59,110 nt of DNA from a virus. Taxonomy: Duplodnaviria; Caudoviricetes. Every line of letters starts with the position of its first letter. Positions within the stretch are counted from its first letter, which is position 1. The position numbers and the translations under genes are program-made. The stretch covers positions 1-59,110 of IMG/VR virus record IMGVR_UViG_3300033551_000005; one strand, 5' to 3'. Below, one piece after another: positions 26,261-35,722 of this stretch. Under the pieces are notes generated by a model. The model had not been told where the DNA came from. It searched no databases and worked only from the letters and a program-made list of their open reading frames with translations.

Positions 26261-28462
26261 ATGAACCTCGGCCCTGAGGGTACCACCGCAAGCGCAGTTG
26301 AGGCATACGAACGTGGGTATGTCCCGGTACCCGTACGACCCGGCACGAAGCGCCCCTTCGACTCGAACTGGACGGACCTCCGGTACGAGTCCGCCGAGCA
26401 GGTGCGCAGCCTGTTCGAGCAGGAGCCGTCCAATCTGGGGATCGCGCTCGGCGCGCCGTCGGGCGGCCTGGTGGACGTCGACCTCGACCACACGAAGGCG
26501 CTCACGGCGGCGCAGGTGTTCCTCCGGGGGACGACGACGGCAGTCAGCGGGCGCATGTCCCGGCCCGGCTCGCACTACTGGTACCGGGTGGCCGACGACC
26601 TGCCCGAGACCACGCGCCGCTACATGCACCCGGACCGCAAGCGGGACGACCGCGTGCTGGTGGAACTGCGGTCCACCGGCGGGCAGACCGTCATCGCCCC
26701 CTCGGTGCACCCCGACGGCGAGCGGTACGCCTGGGACGACGAGCCGTGGGGCGGCGAGAGCGGCCCCGCGCTCATCGGCGGCGGCGAACTGCGCAGCCGG
26801 GTCGGGGCGCTCGCGCTCTCGACGCTGCTCGCCATCGAGTGGCCCACGCGCGGCGGCCGTCACGACGCCTACCTGGCGCTCGCTGGCGCCCTGCTGGCGG
26901 AGGGCTACGGCGACACGCGCCGGGTGTCCCCCGTGTGGAAGAACCTCGCCCCCGGGGTCATCGCCGTGATCGCGCAGGCCACCCACGACGAGGAGGGGAT
27001 GCAGACCCGGATCGACCAGTCGGTCGAGTCGACCCTCCAGAAGATCGCCAAGGGGAAGCCGACGCAGGGTTGGCCCACCCTCGCCGAGCACCTGTCCGAC
27101 GACGTCGTGCAGGCGTGCAAGGACTTCGTGTTCGGCGTCGAGGAAGCCGAGGGCCACACCCGGCCGCTGACGGTGCCCGACGAGGACGCGTACGACCCGT
27201 ACACGGACGCGCAGGTCTACAGCGATGCCCCGGCCCCCATGCTCGAACTCGACCTCTCAGGCGACGCCGAGGAGGACGAGGACGAGCCGGGCGGCGAGGA
27301 CGAGCAGCGCCTCATGGCGTTCGAGCGCATGGTCCAGCACGAACTGCTCCGGATGGAGGTGCGGGAGGAAGCCGGGCAGCGGTACCGCGCCGCCCAGGAG
27401 CCGGAGGACAGCGAGCCGCTGGTCCGGCTCGTGTCCGAGGTGCTGGAGGCCGAGCCGGAGAAGCAGCCGCGCATCGAGCGCGTGCTCCCCTGGGACAGCA
27501 CGCTGTGGCTGTCGGCGCAGCGGAAGACCGGCAAGACGACGCTGCTCGTCAACCTGGCGCACTCGCTGCTCACCGGGGAGAAGTTCCTCGGGGAGTGCGC
27601 CGTCGTCCCGCTGGAGCCGCACGAGCGCGTGGGGATGCTCAACTTCGAGGTGACCCCGGCCAAGGCGGCAGCCATGTTCTCGCGGCGCGGCGTCGCCCCG
27701 GATCGCGTCGTGCAGGTGGACCTGCGCGGCCGGGCGAACCCGTTCCACAACGCGAAGCAACTCCGGGCACTTGGTGAGCAGTTGAAGGCGCTGAACGTGC
27801 GGTCCATCTTCATCGACACGTTCAGCCACGCCTTCACCGGCGACAGCCAGAACGACGCGACGCAGGTCCGCGCGTGGATTCGGCAGGTCAACCAGTGGGC
27901 TCGGCTCGTGGTGGGGGCGACGGACCTCATCGTCACCGACCACGCGGGCTGGTCCGACAACGCTCGGGCGTCCGGCTCGTCGGCGAAGGAAGCCGACGCG
28001 GACCACATCATGCACCTGATGATCAGCGACCCGAAGGACCAGAACTCGGTCCGGCACATCCGGACGTTCGGCCGCACGGACGACCTCGTGAAGGGCGAAC
28101 TGCTGCTGGACAAGGACACCGAGACCGTGACATATCGGGAGATTGACCAGGCGGAGAAGCAGGCCGCCCGCGCCGACCAGGCGCTGGCGGACATGAGCCG
28201 GGCGGAGGACGCGATCCGGCTCGCGCTCATGGAGGCCACCGAGCCGCTGCGGGCGCAGGAACTGTGCGACCTGGCGGGCGAGACGGACCTCGGCGGGCCG
28301 CTGAGCAACCGGGCGCTGGACCAGGCCCGGCAGCGGCTCGTGACGCTCGGGGAGATTCAGACGACCCGGGGCACCGGCCGGGGAACGCCGCTGCTGCACG
28401 CGCTCAACCCCGACTACGTGCCGGACTACCCGCCGGAAGAGGAAGAGCCCGGTTCGGAGTAG
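26261..28462 (+). CDS. Bifunctional primase-polymerase fused to an AAA_25/RepA-like helicase
   Basis: N-terminal PVRPGTKRP...NLGIALG...LVDVDLD...SHYWY...APSVHPDG; C-terminal AQRKTGKT, IFIDT, TDHAG, ASGSSA. An RBS-led 32-aa ORF (26166-26264) overlaps the start. Confidence 0.9.
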   Translation: MNLGPEGTTASAVEAYERGYVPVPVRPGTKRPFDSNWTDLRYESAEQVRSLFEQEPSNLGIALGAPSGGLVDVDLDHTKALTAAQVFLRGTTTAVSGRMSRPGSHYWYRVADDLPETTRRYMHPDRKRDDRVLVELRSTGGQTVIAPSVHPDGERYAWDDEPWGGESGPALIGGGELRSRVGALALSTLLAIEWPTRGGRHDAYLALAGALLAEGYGDTRRVSPVWKNLAPGVIAVIAQATHDEEGMQTRIDQSVESTLQKIAKGKPTQGWPTLAEHLSDDVVQACKDFVFGVEEAEGHTRPLTVPDEDAYDPYTDAQVYSDAPAPMLELDLSGDAEEDEDEPGGEDEQRLMAFERMVQHELLRMEVREEAGQRYRAAQEPEDSEPLVRLVSEVLEAEPEKQPRIERVLPWDSTLWLSAQRKTGKTTLLVNLAHSLLTGEKFLGECAVVPLEPHERVGMLNFEVTPAKAAAMFSRRGVAPDRVVQVDLRGRANPFHNAKQLRALGEQLKALNVRSIFIDTFSHAFTGDSQNDATQVRAWIRQVNQWARLVVGATDLIVTDHAGWSDNARASGSSAKEADADHIMHLMISDPKDQNSVRHIRTFGRTDDLVKGELLLDKDTETVTYREIDQAEKQAARADQALADMSRAEDAIRLALMEATEPLRAQELCDLAGETDLGGPLSNRALDQARQRLVTLGEIQTTRGTGRGTPLLHALNPDYVPDYPPEEEEPGSE

Positions 28463-28471
28463 TTTGCCCGT

Positions 28472-28536
28472 ATCGTCCTTCGTTCATCACGCACCTCCTC
28501 CCCTTAGGGGGAGGTGCGTGATGAACGAAGAACGAT
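28472..28536. repeat. Dispersed long hairpin family, copy C
   Basis: ATCGTCCTTCGTTCATCACGCACCTCC-TCCCCTTAGGG-GGAGGTGCGTGATGAACGAAGAACGAT. Confidence 0.85.
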
Positions 28537-28553
28537 CATACTTACGTACGTAA
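28537..28553 (+). promoter_or_regulatory. -10-like box plus perfect operator palindrome
   Basis: CATACT-TACGTACGTAA upstream of the helicase RBS. Confidence 0.65.
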
Positions 28554-28573
28554 CAGCCAACCGAAGGAACCCC

Positions 28574-30202
28574 ATGCCCCTGGATTTCAGACCGCGAGGT
28601 GAGGCGCGCTACGCCCATCAGAAGCGGGTCCTCCGCCGGATCATCGAGACGCGCGGCGTGTGCGCGCTGCTGTGCGACCCCGGCACCGGCAAGACGGCGT
28701 CCGTCGTCGACTACTCCAGCGCGCTCGCGCTCAAGATGGGGCGGCCGGTGCGCGTGCTCGTGCTCGCTCCGCTCGTCGCCCTGGACTCGTGGGTCGGCCA
28801 GACGGCGAAGTACGCCGCGCACGGCGTGGGCGTCTGGGCCGAGGCGCTCGGCGGCTCCGTCGCGCAGCGCGCCGAGGTGCTGGCGGCGCGCGGCCCGCAC
28901 CGGTCCGACGCCCGCACCGGCGCCCGCCGGTCGATCGCCTGGGCCGGGATGAACTCGGACGGGTACCGCTACCGCGACAACACGGTCGGCCGGGTGGACC
29001 TGTGGCGCGACATCACCACGAGCGGCGACCCGGCGATCGTGCTCCAGGTGCTCGGGCTGGACTCGCTGAGCCAGCGCCGCGAGGTGAGCAAGACGAAGAC
29101 GGTGGCCGACGTGCTGCACAAGGCGATCGAGCGGTTCTCGCCCGACGTGCTCGTGATCGACGAGAGCCACCGCATCAAGAGCCCGAGCGCGAACGTCAGC
29201 CGGACGGCGGCCCGCCTGTCCCGGCTCGCGCCCCGGCGGCTGATCCTGACCGGCACGGTGATGCCGCACAGCCCGATGGACGTGTGGGCGCAGTGGCGGT
29301 TCCTGGAGCCGATGGCGTTCAACGAGCCCGACCCGAAGCGGCCCGGCCAGACCAAGCCGATGCCGTTCGGCCGGTTCGAGGAGCGCTACGGCGTGTTCGG
29401 CGGGTGGCAGGGGCGGCAGGTGGTCGGGTACCAGAACCTGGGCGAGATGCAGCAGGTGATGGCCCAGAACAGCATCGTCGTCCGCAAGGAGGACGCGCTG
29501 GACCTGCCGGAGACCGTCGACATCACGGTGCCGGTGCATCTGTCGGCCCGCGAGGAGGGCGCCTACGTCCAGATGCACGGGCAGTTGGCCGTCGCCCTGG
29601 CGAACGGCAGCCTCGCGACCGTGCCGAACCGGCTCGCACAAATGATGCGCCTGCGGCAGATCACGTCCGGCTACCTGCCCGACGACACGGGCGTGATGCA
29701 GCGCGTCGGGGACAGCAAGGCGGCGGCCGTACGTGGCGTCGTGTGCGACACGCTCGCCGGGGAGAGCCGGGTCGTGGTGTTCGCGCACTTCCGGCAGGAG
29801 ATTACGGACATCGTCGCGGCGATCGGCAAGGCGGAGGGCAAGGAGACCGTCATCGTGCAGATCACCGGGGACACCCCGCCGAAGGAGCGCGAGGCGATCC
29901 GGAAGCGGTTCGGCTCCGACGAGGCGGTCCGCCTGATCCTCGTGGCGCAGATGCGCACGCTGTCGCTCGCGGTCAACGAACTGGTGACCGCGTCGCACGC
30001 CGTGTACGCCTCGCTGAGCGAGCGCCGGGACGACTGGGTGCAGTCCCGCGACCGGCTGCACCGGATCGGCCAGAAGCGCTCCGTGACGTTCTGGAACGTG
30101 CTCGTGCCGAACAGCGTGGACGACGCCATCTACAAGGCGCACCTGACGCGCGAGTCCGTCGAGAACGCCGTGCTCCAGCACATCGAGGCCACCCCGCAGT
30201 GA
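28574..30202 (+). CDS. SNF2-family DNA helicase
   Basis: DPGTGKT, DESH, LTGT, QSRDRLHRIGQ; start at MPLDF after GAAGGA. Confidence 0.9.
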   Translation: MPLDFRPRGEARYAHQKRVLRRIIETRGVCALLCDPGTGKTASVVDYSSALALKMGRPVRVLVLAPLVALDSWVGQTAKYAAHGVGVWAEALGGSVAQRAEVLAARGPHRSDARTGARRSIAWAGMNSDGYRYRDNTVGRVDLWRDITTSGDPAIVLQVLGLDSLSQRREVSKTKTVADVLHKAIERFSPDVLVIDESHRIKSPSANVSRTAARLSRLAPRRLILTGTVMPHSPMDVWAQWRFLEPMAFNEPDPKRPGQTKPMPFGRFEERYGVFGGWQGRQVVGYQNLGEMQQVMAQNSIVVRKEDALDLPETVDITVPVHLSAREEGAYVQMHGQLAVALANGSLATVPNRLAQMMRLRQITSGYLPDDTGVMQRVGDSKAAAVRGVVCDTLAGESRVVVFAHFRQEITDIVAAIGKAEGKETVIVQITGDTPPKEREAIRKRFGSDEAVRLILVAQMRTLSLAVNELVTASHAVYASLSERRDDWVQSRDRLHRIGQKRSVTFWNVLVPNSVDDAIYKAHLTRESVENAVLQHIEATPQ

Positions 30203-30241
30203 CCGCCGGGCAACTCCCCGGAGATTAGTTATCCCGGGGAG

Positions 30242-30288
30242 TTGCACGGCCCGGTGGGCGATGCTAATGTTACGTATGTCAGCACAGC
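30242..30288 (+). promoter_or_regulatory. Conserved promoter/operator/leader element, copy 6
   Basis: TTGCAC-N17-TAATGT-TACGTATGTCAGCACAGC; an inverted repeat at 30210-30245 overlaps the -35. Confidence 0.85.
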
Positions 30289-30311
30289 AGGAACCCAACC
30301 CGGAGGTCACC

Positions 30312-30527
30312 ATGAACACCAAGCCCGCCGCCATCGAGGACATCACCGTCGGCCAGAAGGTCATCTCCAAGAAGTACGGCGTCCTGACGGTCACCCGCTC
30401 GGTCGTGGCTCGCAACCCGCGCACCGGCAGCATCGACCCGACGCGCTGGTCGCTCCAGGCCAAGGACGTGCACGGCATGACCTGGCCGATCAAGGCTGTC
30501 CTCGGCACCCGGCTCCGCACCGCCTGA
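30312..30527 (+). CDS. Small hypothetical protein
   Basis: GGAGGT RBS; MNTKPAAIEDITVGQKV. Confidence 0.65.
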   Translation: MNTKPAAIEDITVGQKVISKKYGVLTVTRSVVARNPRTGSIDPTRWSLQAKDVHGMTWPIKAVLGTRLRTA

Positions 30528-30578
30528 CACCCGCCCCGGGCGGGGCTCCGGCCCCGCCCCTCTCCTGAGGAGGAGACC

Positions 30579-31019
30579 ATGAAGTACAACGTCGACCTGT
30601 ACGCCTCTGTCCGCCCACACCTGGTGGACACGCTGCACATCGAGGCGGACACCGTCGAGGACGCGATCCACCAGGCAAACCAGGACGAGCGCGTGGAGCG
30701 CGGCCACGTCTACCTGCACAACATCGCCGTCGCCCCGACGCCGCCCACCCAGAAGCCGTTCATCGTCCTGCTGGACACCGGCGGGCGGCCGTACGGCGTC
30801 GGCGGCGAGACGCAGGTGCGCTACGAGTTCGACCGCGAGTCGGAGGCCTGGTCCACGTTCTGGGGCCACGTCGCCGGGATGGCCGACGACGGCGTCCAGA
30901 TGAAGGGCCTGGACGAGCGCTACGTCCTGGAGTCCCGCACGGGGCTCAACCCCAACACCGGTGGCGCGGCCTGGGCCGGGCACCGCTGGTACGTCCACAT
31001 CATGAAGGGCAAGCCGTGA
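30579..31019 (+). CDS. Hypothetical protein
   Basis: GAGGAG RBS. Confidence 0.65.
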   Translation: MKYNVDLYASVRPHLVDTLHIEADTVEDAIHQANQDERVERGHVYLHNIAVAPTPPTQKPFIVLLDTGGRPYGVGGETQVRYEFDRESEAWSTFWGHVAGMADDGVQMKGLDERYVLESRTGLNPNTGGAAWAGHRWYVHIMKGKP

Positions 31020-31336
31020 CCCTCTCCTACATCGACAACATCCCCCACCACCAGGACCCGGAGGTGCTGCGGCACGCCGTGCAGATCTTCCGTGACAGCC
31101 GCCGGGTTGAGACCTCCTGGTCTCGCGGCAACGACGTGCTCAAGCACTGCGAGAACGTCGCCGTGCACCTCGTCCGGACCTACGTCCTGATGGGCAACGA
31201 GGGCGGGCAGCAGAACGCCCTCCTCTACGCCAAGGTGGCCGACCTGTTCGGCGCCCTCTGGTACTTCTCTGCCGGGTGCGCCCGCCGGATCGAGTACCGC
31301 CACCTCCAGTCCCGCCTCTTCCCCCAGGAAGTCTGA
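31016..31336 (+). CDS. Hypothetical protein
   Basis: GTGA overlap. Confidence 0.6.
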   Translation: MTLSYIDNIPHHQDPEVLRHAVQIFRDSRRVETSWSRGNDVLKHCENVAVHLVRTYVLMGNEGGQQNALLYAKVADLFGALWYFSAGCARRIEYRHLQSRLFPQEV

Positions 31337-31337
31337 A

Positions 31338-31553
31338 ATGTCGCTCTTCCAGAACAGCCAGCGCGTCTCGTCCGCCGAGGTCGCCCGCGTCACCCCGACC
31401 GGCAAAACCGTGTGGAGGATCCGCCTGGAGTCCGGCGAGGTCTACCTCACCGACCCCGACCTGCGGGTCAGTGGCAGCGTGACGGCCTTCGTCGGCAAGA
31501 CGGTGGTCATCACGCTCAAGCACAACCGCATCACCGGCCTCTCTCGCCTCTGA
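31338..31553 (+). CDS. Small OB-like hypothetical protein
   Basis: TPTGKTVWRIRLESGEVYLT. Confidence 0.6.
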   Translation: MSLFQNSQRVSSAEVARVTPTGKTVWRIRLESGEVYLTDPDLRVSGSVTAFVGKTVVITLKHNRITGLSRL

Positions 31554-31579
31554 GGTAGGCTGCACACATACGTAACTAC

Positions 31580-31608
31580 AGCGGGCCGCCTTCGGGCGGC
31601 CCGCTTTC
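31580..31608 (+). terminator. Intrinsic terminator
   Basis: AGCGGGCCGCC-TTCG-GGCGGCCCGCT followed by TTC. Confidence 0.75.
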
Positions 31609-31620
31609 GTCAGGAGGACC

Positions 31621-33624
31621 ATGCAGCCCGACCCCTTTACCAAGGGCGACCTGTTCGACGTGACCCGCGTCGCGTGGATCAGGGACGTGGACGAAATCGA
31701 CACGCTCGTCCGCGAGATTGCCCGCTACCCGTACATCACCTGGGACCTGGAGAACACCGGTCTCGACGAGCACGCCTACGAGGGCGGCCCGACCAACGGC
31801 GGCATCGCGGCGCGCATCACGCTGCTGTCGCTCACGCTGGCGAAGTCCCTCGACGACATGGACCCGGTGACGTGGCTCGTGCCGCTGTCGCACAAGGGGG
31901 CGTCCCTGTTCCCGCAGTGGGCCGAGGTGATGACCCGCATCGCGGAGGCGCTGCGCGACTCGGGCGCCGACCTCACGGCGCACAACGGCCGGTACGACTG
32001 CCGGTGGGTGTTCGCGCACACCGGCATCGACCTGGTGCCGTTCCTGACCTGGGACACGATGATCGTGGAGCACCTGCTCGACGAGAACACCAGCACCCGG
32101 CTCAAGGTCCGGGCGCCCCGCCGGTTCGACGTGCCGTCGTGGGCTGACGTCGACCTCTCGACGCCCGGCGCCGCCGAGCGGACGCCGCTGCTCGAACTCG
32201 GCTACTACGCCGCGCGCGACACGTACTGGACGTGGCGGCTGCGCATGGTGCAGCAGCGCGAACTGTGGCTCATGGATGACGACGAGGTGACCGGCCACGA
32301 GGACGCCGACGAGCGCGAGATGATCCGGCTCGGCAGCCTCGCGGAGTTCTGCGTCATGCCGCTGGCCCGCAACCTGGCCGCCGTCGAGCAGCGCGGGTTC
32401 CGGCTGGACCAGGAGTGGGTCGCTCGCACCCTCGCTGAGGTCGATGGCATCGTCTCTGCCGCGTCCGCAGACCTGGTCGGGTTGTTCACCCCGACGGACG
32501 ACCTGCGGGCCGCTGACGTCTCCTGGGCGCCCACGAGCAACTGGTTCCGGGCGTGGGCCGACCAGCAGGTCGAGGCGAAGCGGCTCCGCATCGACTCGAT
32601 GACGAAGAACGGCCGCCCGCAGTGGAACGGCGCCGTGCTCAAGCGGCAGACCCGCGAGGGCAACCCCGTGGCTGAGCGCCTGCTCGCGCTGCGTCAGGCC
32701 GCGAAGAAGGCCGAGTTCCTGCGCTCGTGGCAGGAACTCGTCACCCGGGACTCTCGTATCCACGCGTCTTACAACGTGGGCCGGGTGAGCACCGGCCGCC
32801 TGTCGTCGAGCGAGCCGAACCTCCAGCAGGTGACGAAGACGCTCAAGCCTGCCTTCGTGCCGGACCCCGGGCACCTCGTGGTCGAAATCGACTACAGCCA
32901 GATCGAACTCCGGGCCGCCGCGTTCATCGCGCGGTGCGAGCCGATGATCGAGGCGTACCAGCGCGGCGACGACCTGCACCGGCTCATGGCTGCGCAGATC
33001 ACCGGCAAGGCGCCCGCCGACGTGACGCCAGACGAGCGCCAGCGGGCCAAGGCGTCCAACTTCGGACTGCTCTACATGCAGACCCCCGAGGGCTTCCAGA
33101 CGTACGCCGAGACGGCCTATGGCGTGATCCTCACGCTGGAGCAGGCGTACGAGTCCTACAACGCGTTCTTCTCGCTGTGGGACGGCATGGCGCAGTGGCA
33201 CCAGCAGATCATCAACACGGTGACCCACGACGGCCAGGTGGTGTCCCCGCTCGGGCGGGTGCGGCGCGTGCCCAACGCCCTGACAGGCGACCCGTACCTG
33301 GTGAGCGAGGCGGCCCGGCAGGCGTGCAACGCCCCGGTCCAGTCGTTCGCCTCGGACATCATGCAGATGGTCGCGGCGGACATCTCGGGCGTCTACGGCA
33401 ACCCGGTGCCGGACGTGCAGATGGTCTCCACCGTGCACGACTCGATCGTGCTCCAGGTGCCCGCCGACGACTGGAAGCGGGCCGTCGGCCGGACGATGCA
33501 CCGGATGATCCGCCCTCACCACCTGCTGCGCCCGCTCGGGTGCGACCTGGACGTGCCGCTCGCCGTCGAGGCCACGGTGGGCACGCGGTGGGGCGCCGGG
33601 GACGTAGCGATCGTCACCTCGTGA
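31621..33624 (+). CDS. polA: DNA polymerase family A with 3'-5' exonuclease
   Basis: WDLENTG, HNGRYD, YAARD, TGRLSSSEPNLQQ, DYSQIELR, RQRAKASNFGLLY, TVHDSI. Confidence 0.95.
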   Translation: MQPDPFTKGDLFDVTRVAWIRDVDEIDTLVREIARYPYITWDLENTGLDEHAYEGGPTNGGIAARITLLSLTLAKSLDDMDPVTWLVPLSHKGASLFPQWAEVMTRIAEALRDSGADLTAHNGRYDCRWVFAHTGIDLVPFLTWDTMIVEHLLDENTSTRLKVRAPRRFDVPSWADVDLSTPGAAERTPLLELGYYAARDTYWTWRLRMVQQRELWLMDDDEVTGHEDADEREMIRLGSLAEFCVMPLARNLAAVEQRGFRLDQEWVARTLAEVDGIVSAASADLVGLFTPTDDLRAADVSWAPTSNWFRAWADQQVEAKRLRIDSMTKNGRPQWNGAVLKRQTREGNPVAERLLALRQAAKKAEFLRSWQELVTRDSRIHASYNVGRVSTGRLSSSEPNLQQVTKTLKPAFVPDPGHLVVEIDYSQIELRAAAFIARCEPMIEAYQRGDDLHRLMAAQITGKAPADVTPDERQRAKASNFGLLYMQTPEGFQTYAETAYGVILTLEQAYESYNAFFSLWDGMAQWHQQIINTVTHDGQVVSPLGRVRRVPNALTGDPYLVSEAARQACNAPVQSFASDIMQMVAADISGVYGNPVPDVQMVSTVHDSIVLQVPADDWKRAVGRTMHRMIRPHHLLRPLGCDLDVPLAVEATVGTRWGAGDVAIVTS

Positions 33625-33669
33625 CGACTCTGGTACCCTACATATGTAACACCTAACGGAAGGAGGACC

Positions 33670-34005
33670 ATGGCAGCCAACGGCAAGGGGCGCGCGATCC
33701 GCGTCCCGGAGGCCCTGTGGACGGCGGCCAAGGCGAAGGCAGACGAGCGCGGGGCGAAGAGCCTCGGCGCAGCGATCCGGGAGTTCCTGGAGGCCTACGT
33801 GAAGTCGACCCGCCCTGCGGTCAAGGACGGCGTCGGCGTGATGCGAGCCCGCAGCGGCGCAGCCCAGCGCGAGGTGCACACGTTCTACGTGTCGGACACG
33901 CTCTGGAACGAGGCACACGAGAAGGCAGAGAGCGTCGGCGAGACGCTGTCGGCCGCTATCCTCACGTACCTCATCGCGTACGCAGGCTCGAACTACGAGG
34001 ACTGA
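33670..34005 (+). CDS. Tandem ribbon-helix-helix DNA-binding protein
   Basis: Two repeats: RAIRVPEALWTAAKAKA...SLGAAIREFLEAY and HTFYVSDTLWNEAHEKA...TLSAAILTYLIAY. Upstream TACCCT plus TACATATGTA palindrome (33639-33648). Confidence 0.75.
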   Translation: MAANGKGRAIRVPEALWTAAKAKADERGAKSLGAAIREFLEAYVKSTRPAVKDGVGVMRARSGAAQREVHTFYVSDTLWNEAHEKAESVGETLSAAILTYLIAYAGSNYED

Positions 34006-34009
34006 GGAA

Positions 34010-34204
34010 TTGAGCAGCAACCCCACCCCTTTGTTTGACGACGATCCCGAATGGGAATCGCACATCGAGACCGACCCCGAAAAGCGGGCAGCGGCGAATC
34101 GCCGTTTGCGTAATTGGAAACCCCTTCTCGCTGCCCGCAACAGCGACGCGTATTTCCAAAAGCAGATCGAATTGATCGAGGAATACGCCAACCAAGGAGT
34201 TTGA
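34010..34204 (+). CDS. Small low-GC hypothetical protein
   Basis: TTG start after GAGGA; visibly AT-richer codons. Confidence 0.5.
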   Translation: MSSNPTPLFDDDPEWESHIETDPEKRAAANRRLRNWKPLLAARNSDAYFQKQIELIEEYANQGV

Positions 34205-34205
34205 A

Positions 34206-34631
34206 ATGGCAGCGACCCTCATCCTCAAGAGCACGTCGGGAATGCGCCTCCCCCAGGAGGCCATTCCCACCGAGTACGCCTACCTGACCTGGGAGGAGAA
34301 TCCCCGGCTCGCCGGTCCCGCCGACGTGCCGCTGTGGTTCGAGTCGCCCGAGCGCGGCAGCCGCCCGCTGTTCCTGCGGGACTTCCGCCGGTCCTACTTC
34401 ACGCCGGACCGGGGCCTCGTGCCCGAGGTGGCCCAGCACGACGCGACGGAGTTCATCCGGGGCGTGCACGAGGCGCGAGCGCTGCTCGGGCTGCACCGGG
34501 CCGCGCAGTCGTTCGCGTACGACCCGCACCCGACCGGCGGCCGTCGGGCCGGGCGCGCTCGCTGGCTCCGCAGCATGGCGGAGGCGTACCTCGAAACCGC
34601 TGACCAGCGGCCACTTCCGCTGGCCGAGTAG
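34206..34631 (+). CDS. Hypothetical protein
   Basis: AAGGAG RBS. Confidence 0.65.
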   Translation: MAATLILKSTSGMRLPQEAIPTEYAYLTWEENPRLAGPADVPLWFESPERGSRPLFLRDFRRSYFTPDRGLVPEVAQHDATEFIRGVHEARALLGLHRAAQSFAYDPHPTGGRRAGRARWLRSMAEAYLETADQRPLPLAE

Positions 34632-34646
34632 TAATCCGCCTGGGTT

Positions 34647-34675
34647 GATGCTAGTGTTACGTATGTCAGCACAAC
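34647..34675 (+). promoter_or_regulatory. Conserved promoter/operator/leader element, copy 7
   Basis: GATGC-TAGTGT-TACGTATGTCAGCACAAC. Confidence 0.85.
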
Positions 34676-34700
34676 GCACCACAACCCGGAGGTTCACACC

Positions 34701-35150
34701 ATGCGCAGCAACGTCACCCCTCACCAGCGGGCACTCAACCTGGCGGCCGAGAAGGCCGAGGTCCGCGCGGCCCGCGCCGCGAAGATCACCACGACGCTCA
34801 CGGCGCCGGGCGAGCGGGTCGTGAAGGCCGACGGCGAGTACATCGGCATGGTCGTCCGCGAGAAGGACGGATGGCACCGGCTCGGCAAGGGCAGCCGGAT
34901 CGCCTACCGCACGTTCACGCTGGCCGCGCAGGCGCTGGCCCGGCGCGTCGAGCGGGAGGCGAACCGCCTCCCCGTGAAGCGCGACCAGATCGTCACCCTC
35001 CGGGACAAGACGGACGGCATCGAGACGCGGCACCGCGTGCAGATCGTCTCGTCCTTCCCGGACGGCGAGTGGGTGCTGTTCTGCGGCACGCTCGGCGTGC
35101 CGTACCACTCGTCCGCCTACGAGTTCGTGTCCGTCAGCGACACCTGGTAA
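34701..35150 (+). CDS. Hypothetical protein
   Basis: GGAGGT RBS. Confidence 0.65.
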   Translation: MRSNVTPHQRALNLAAEKAEVRAARAAKITTTLTAPGERVVKADGEYIGMVVREKDGWHRLGKGSRIAYRTFTLAAQALARRVEREANRLPVKRDQIVTLRDKTDGIETRHRVQIVSSFPDGEWVLFCGTLGVPYHSSAYEFVSVSDTW

Positions 35151-35210
35151 GACCTGGCCGGGGCGCCGCTCGGGCGCCCCGGCATCACCCCACCGAGCAG
35201 GAGAGGACCC

Positions 35211-35384
35211 ATGTACGACCACCAGAAGAACCGCATGACGGCCCGCCTGGCGTTCGGTCGCGACTACAGCGACCGCCCCGCGCCGAAGGCCGAGCCGTGC
35301 CCGCAGGGCGGGAGCAAGGACACCGGCCCCAAGTTCGAGACGCCCGCCGACCGCGCGCGTGCCCGCCGGTGGTGGAAGAGGTGA
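35211..35384 (+). CDS. Small hypothetical protein
   Basis: MYDHQKNR...RRWWKR; GGAGAGG RBS; below the ORF-track cutoff. Confidence 0.5.
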   Translation: MYDHQKNRMTARLAFGRDYSDRPAPKAEPCPQGGSKDTGPKFETPADRARARRWWKR

Positions 35385-35722
35385 CCGACGGCTGGAAGGT
35401 CGAGGTCACCCAGACCAAGGACGGTCCGCCGTGGGTCCGAATCAGCGTGCAGGACGTGCCGATCCTCGCGGGGTACGTCACGAACGACCTGCGGGAGCCC
35501 GCCAAGCAGTCAGAGACAGAGGCGGCCCTGCGTGACGCCCGCGCGGACAACGCGTGGCTCCGCAGCGTCGTCGGAGAAGCGATGCGCGATCTGAACATCC
35601 GGGACAACGCTGAGCCCGGCGACGTGCGGGCAGCCGCCGCCACTGCCCGGAGCACGCTGCTCCGGGTAATCCCCACCCCAGCGTCCAAGGGACGCCCGAT
35701 CAAGGACAACCCACAGGCATGA
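35381..35722 (+). CDS. Hypothetical protein
   Basis: VTDGWKVE...; 4-bp overlaps. Confidence 0.55.
   Translation: MTDGWKVEVTQTKDGPPWVRISVQDVPILAGYVTNDLREPAKQSETEAALRDARADNAWLRSVVGEAMRDLNIRDNAEPGDVRAAAATARSTLLRVIPTPASKGRPIKDNPQA

Noticed and set aside
31621-33624. Polymerase specialised for modified nucleotides
   Set aside because: Motifs look like ordinary family A and no nucleotide-level biosynthesis genes (PurZ, dNMP hydroxymethylase, Que pathway) were seen; any modification is more likely post-replicative.
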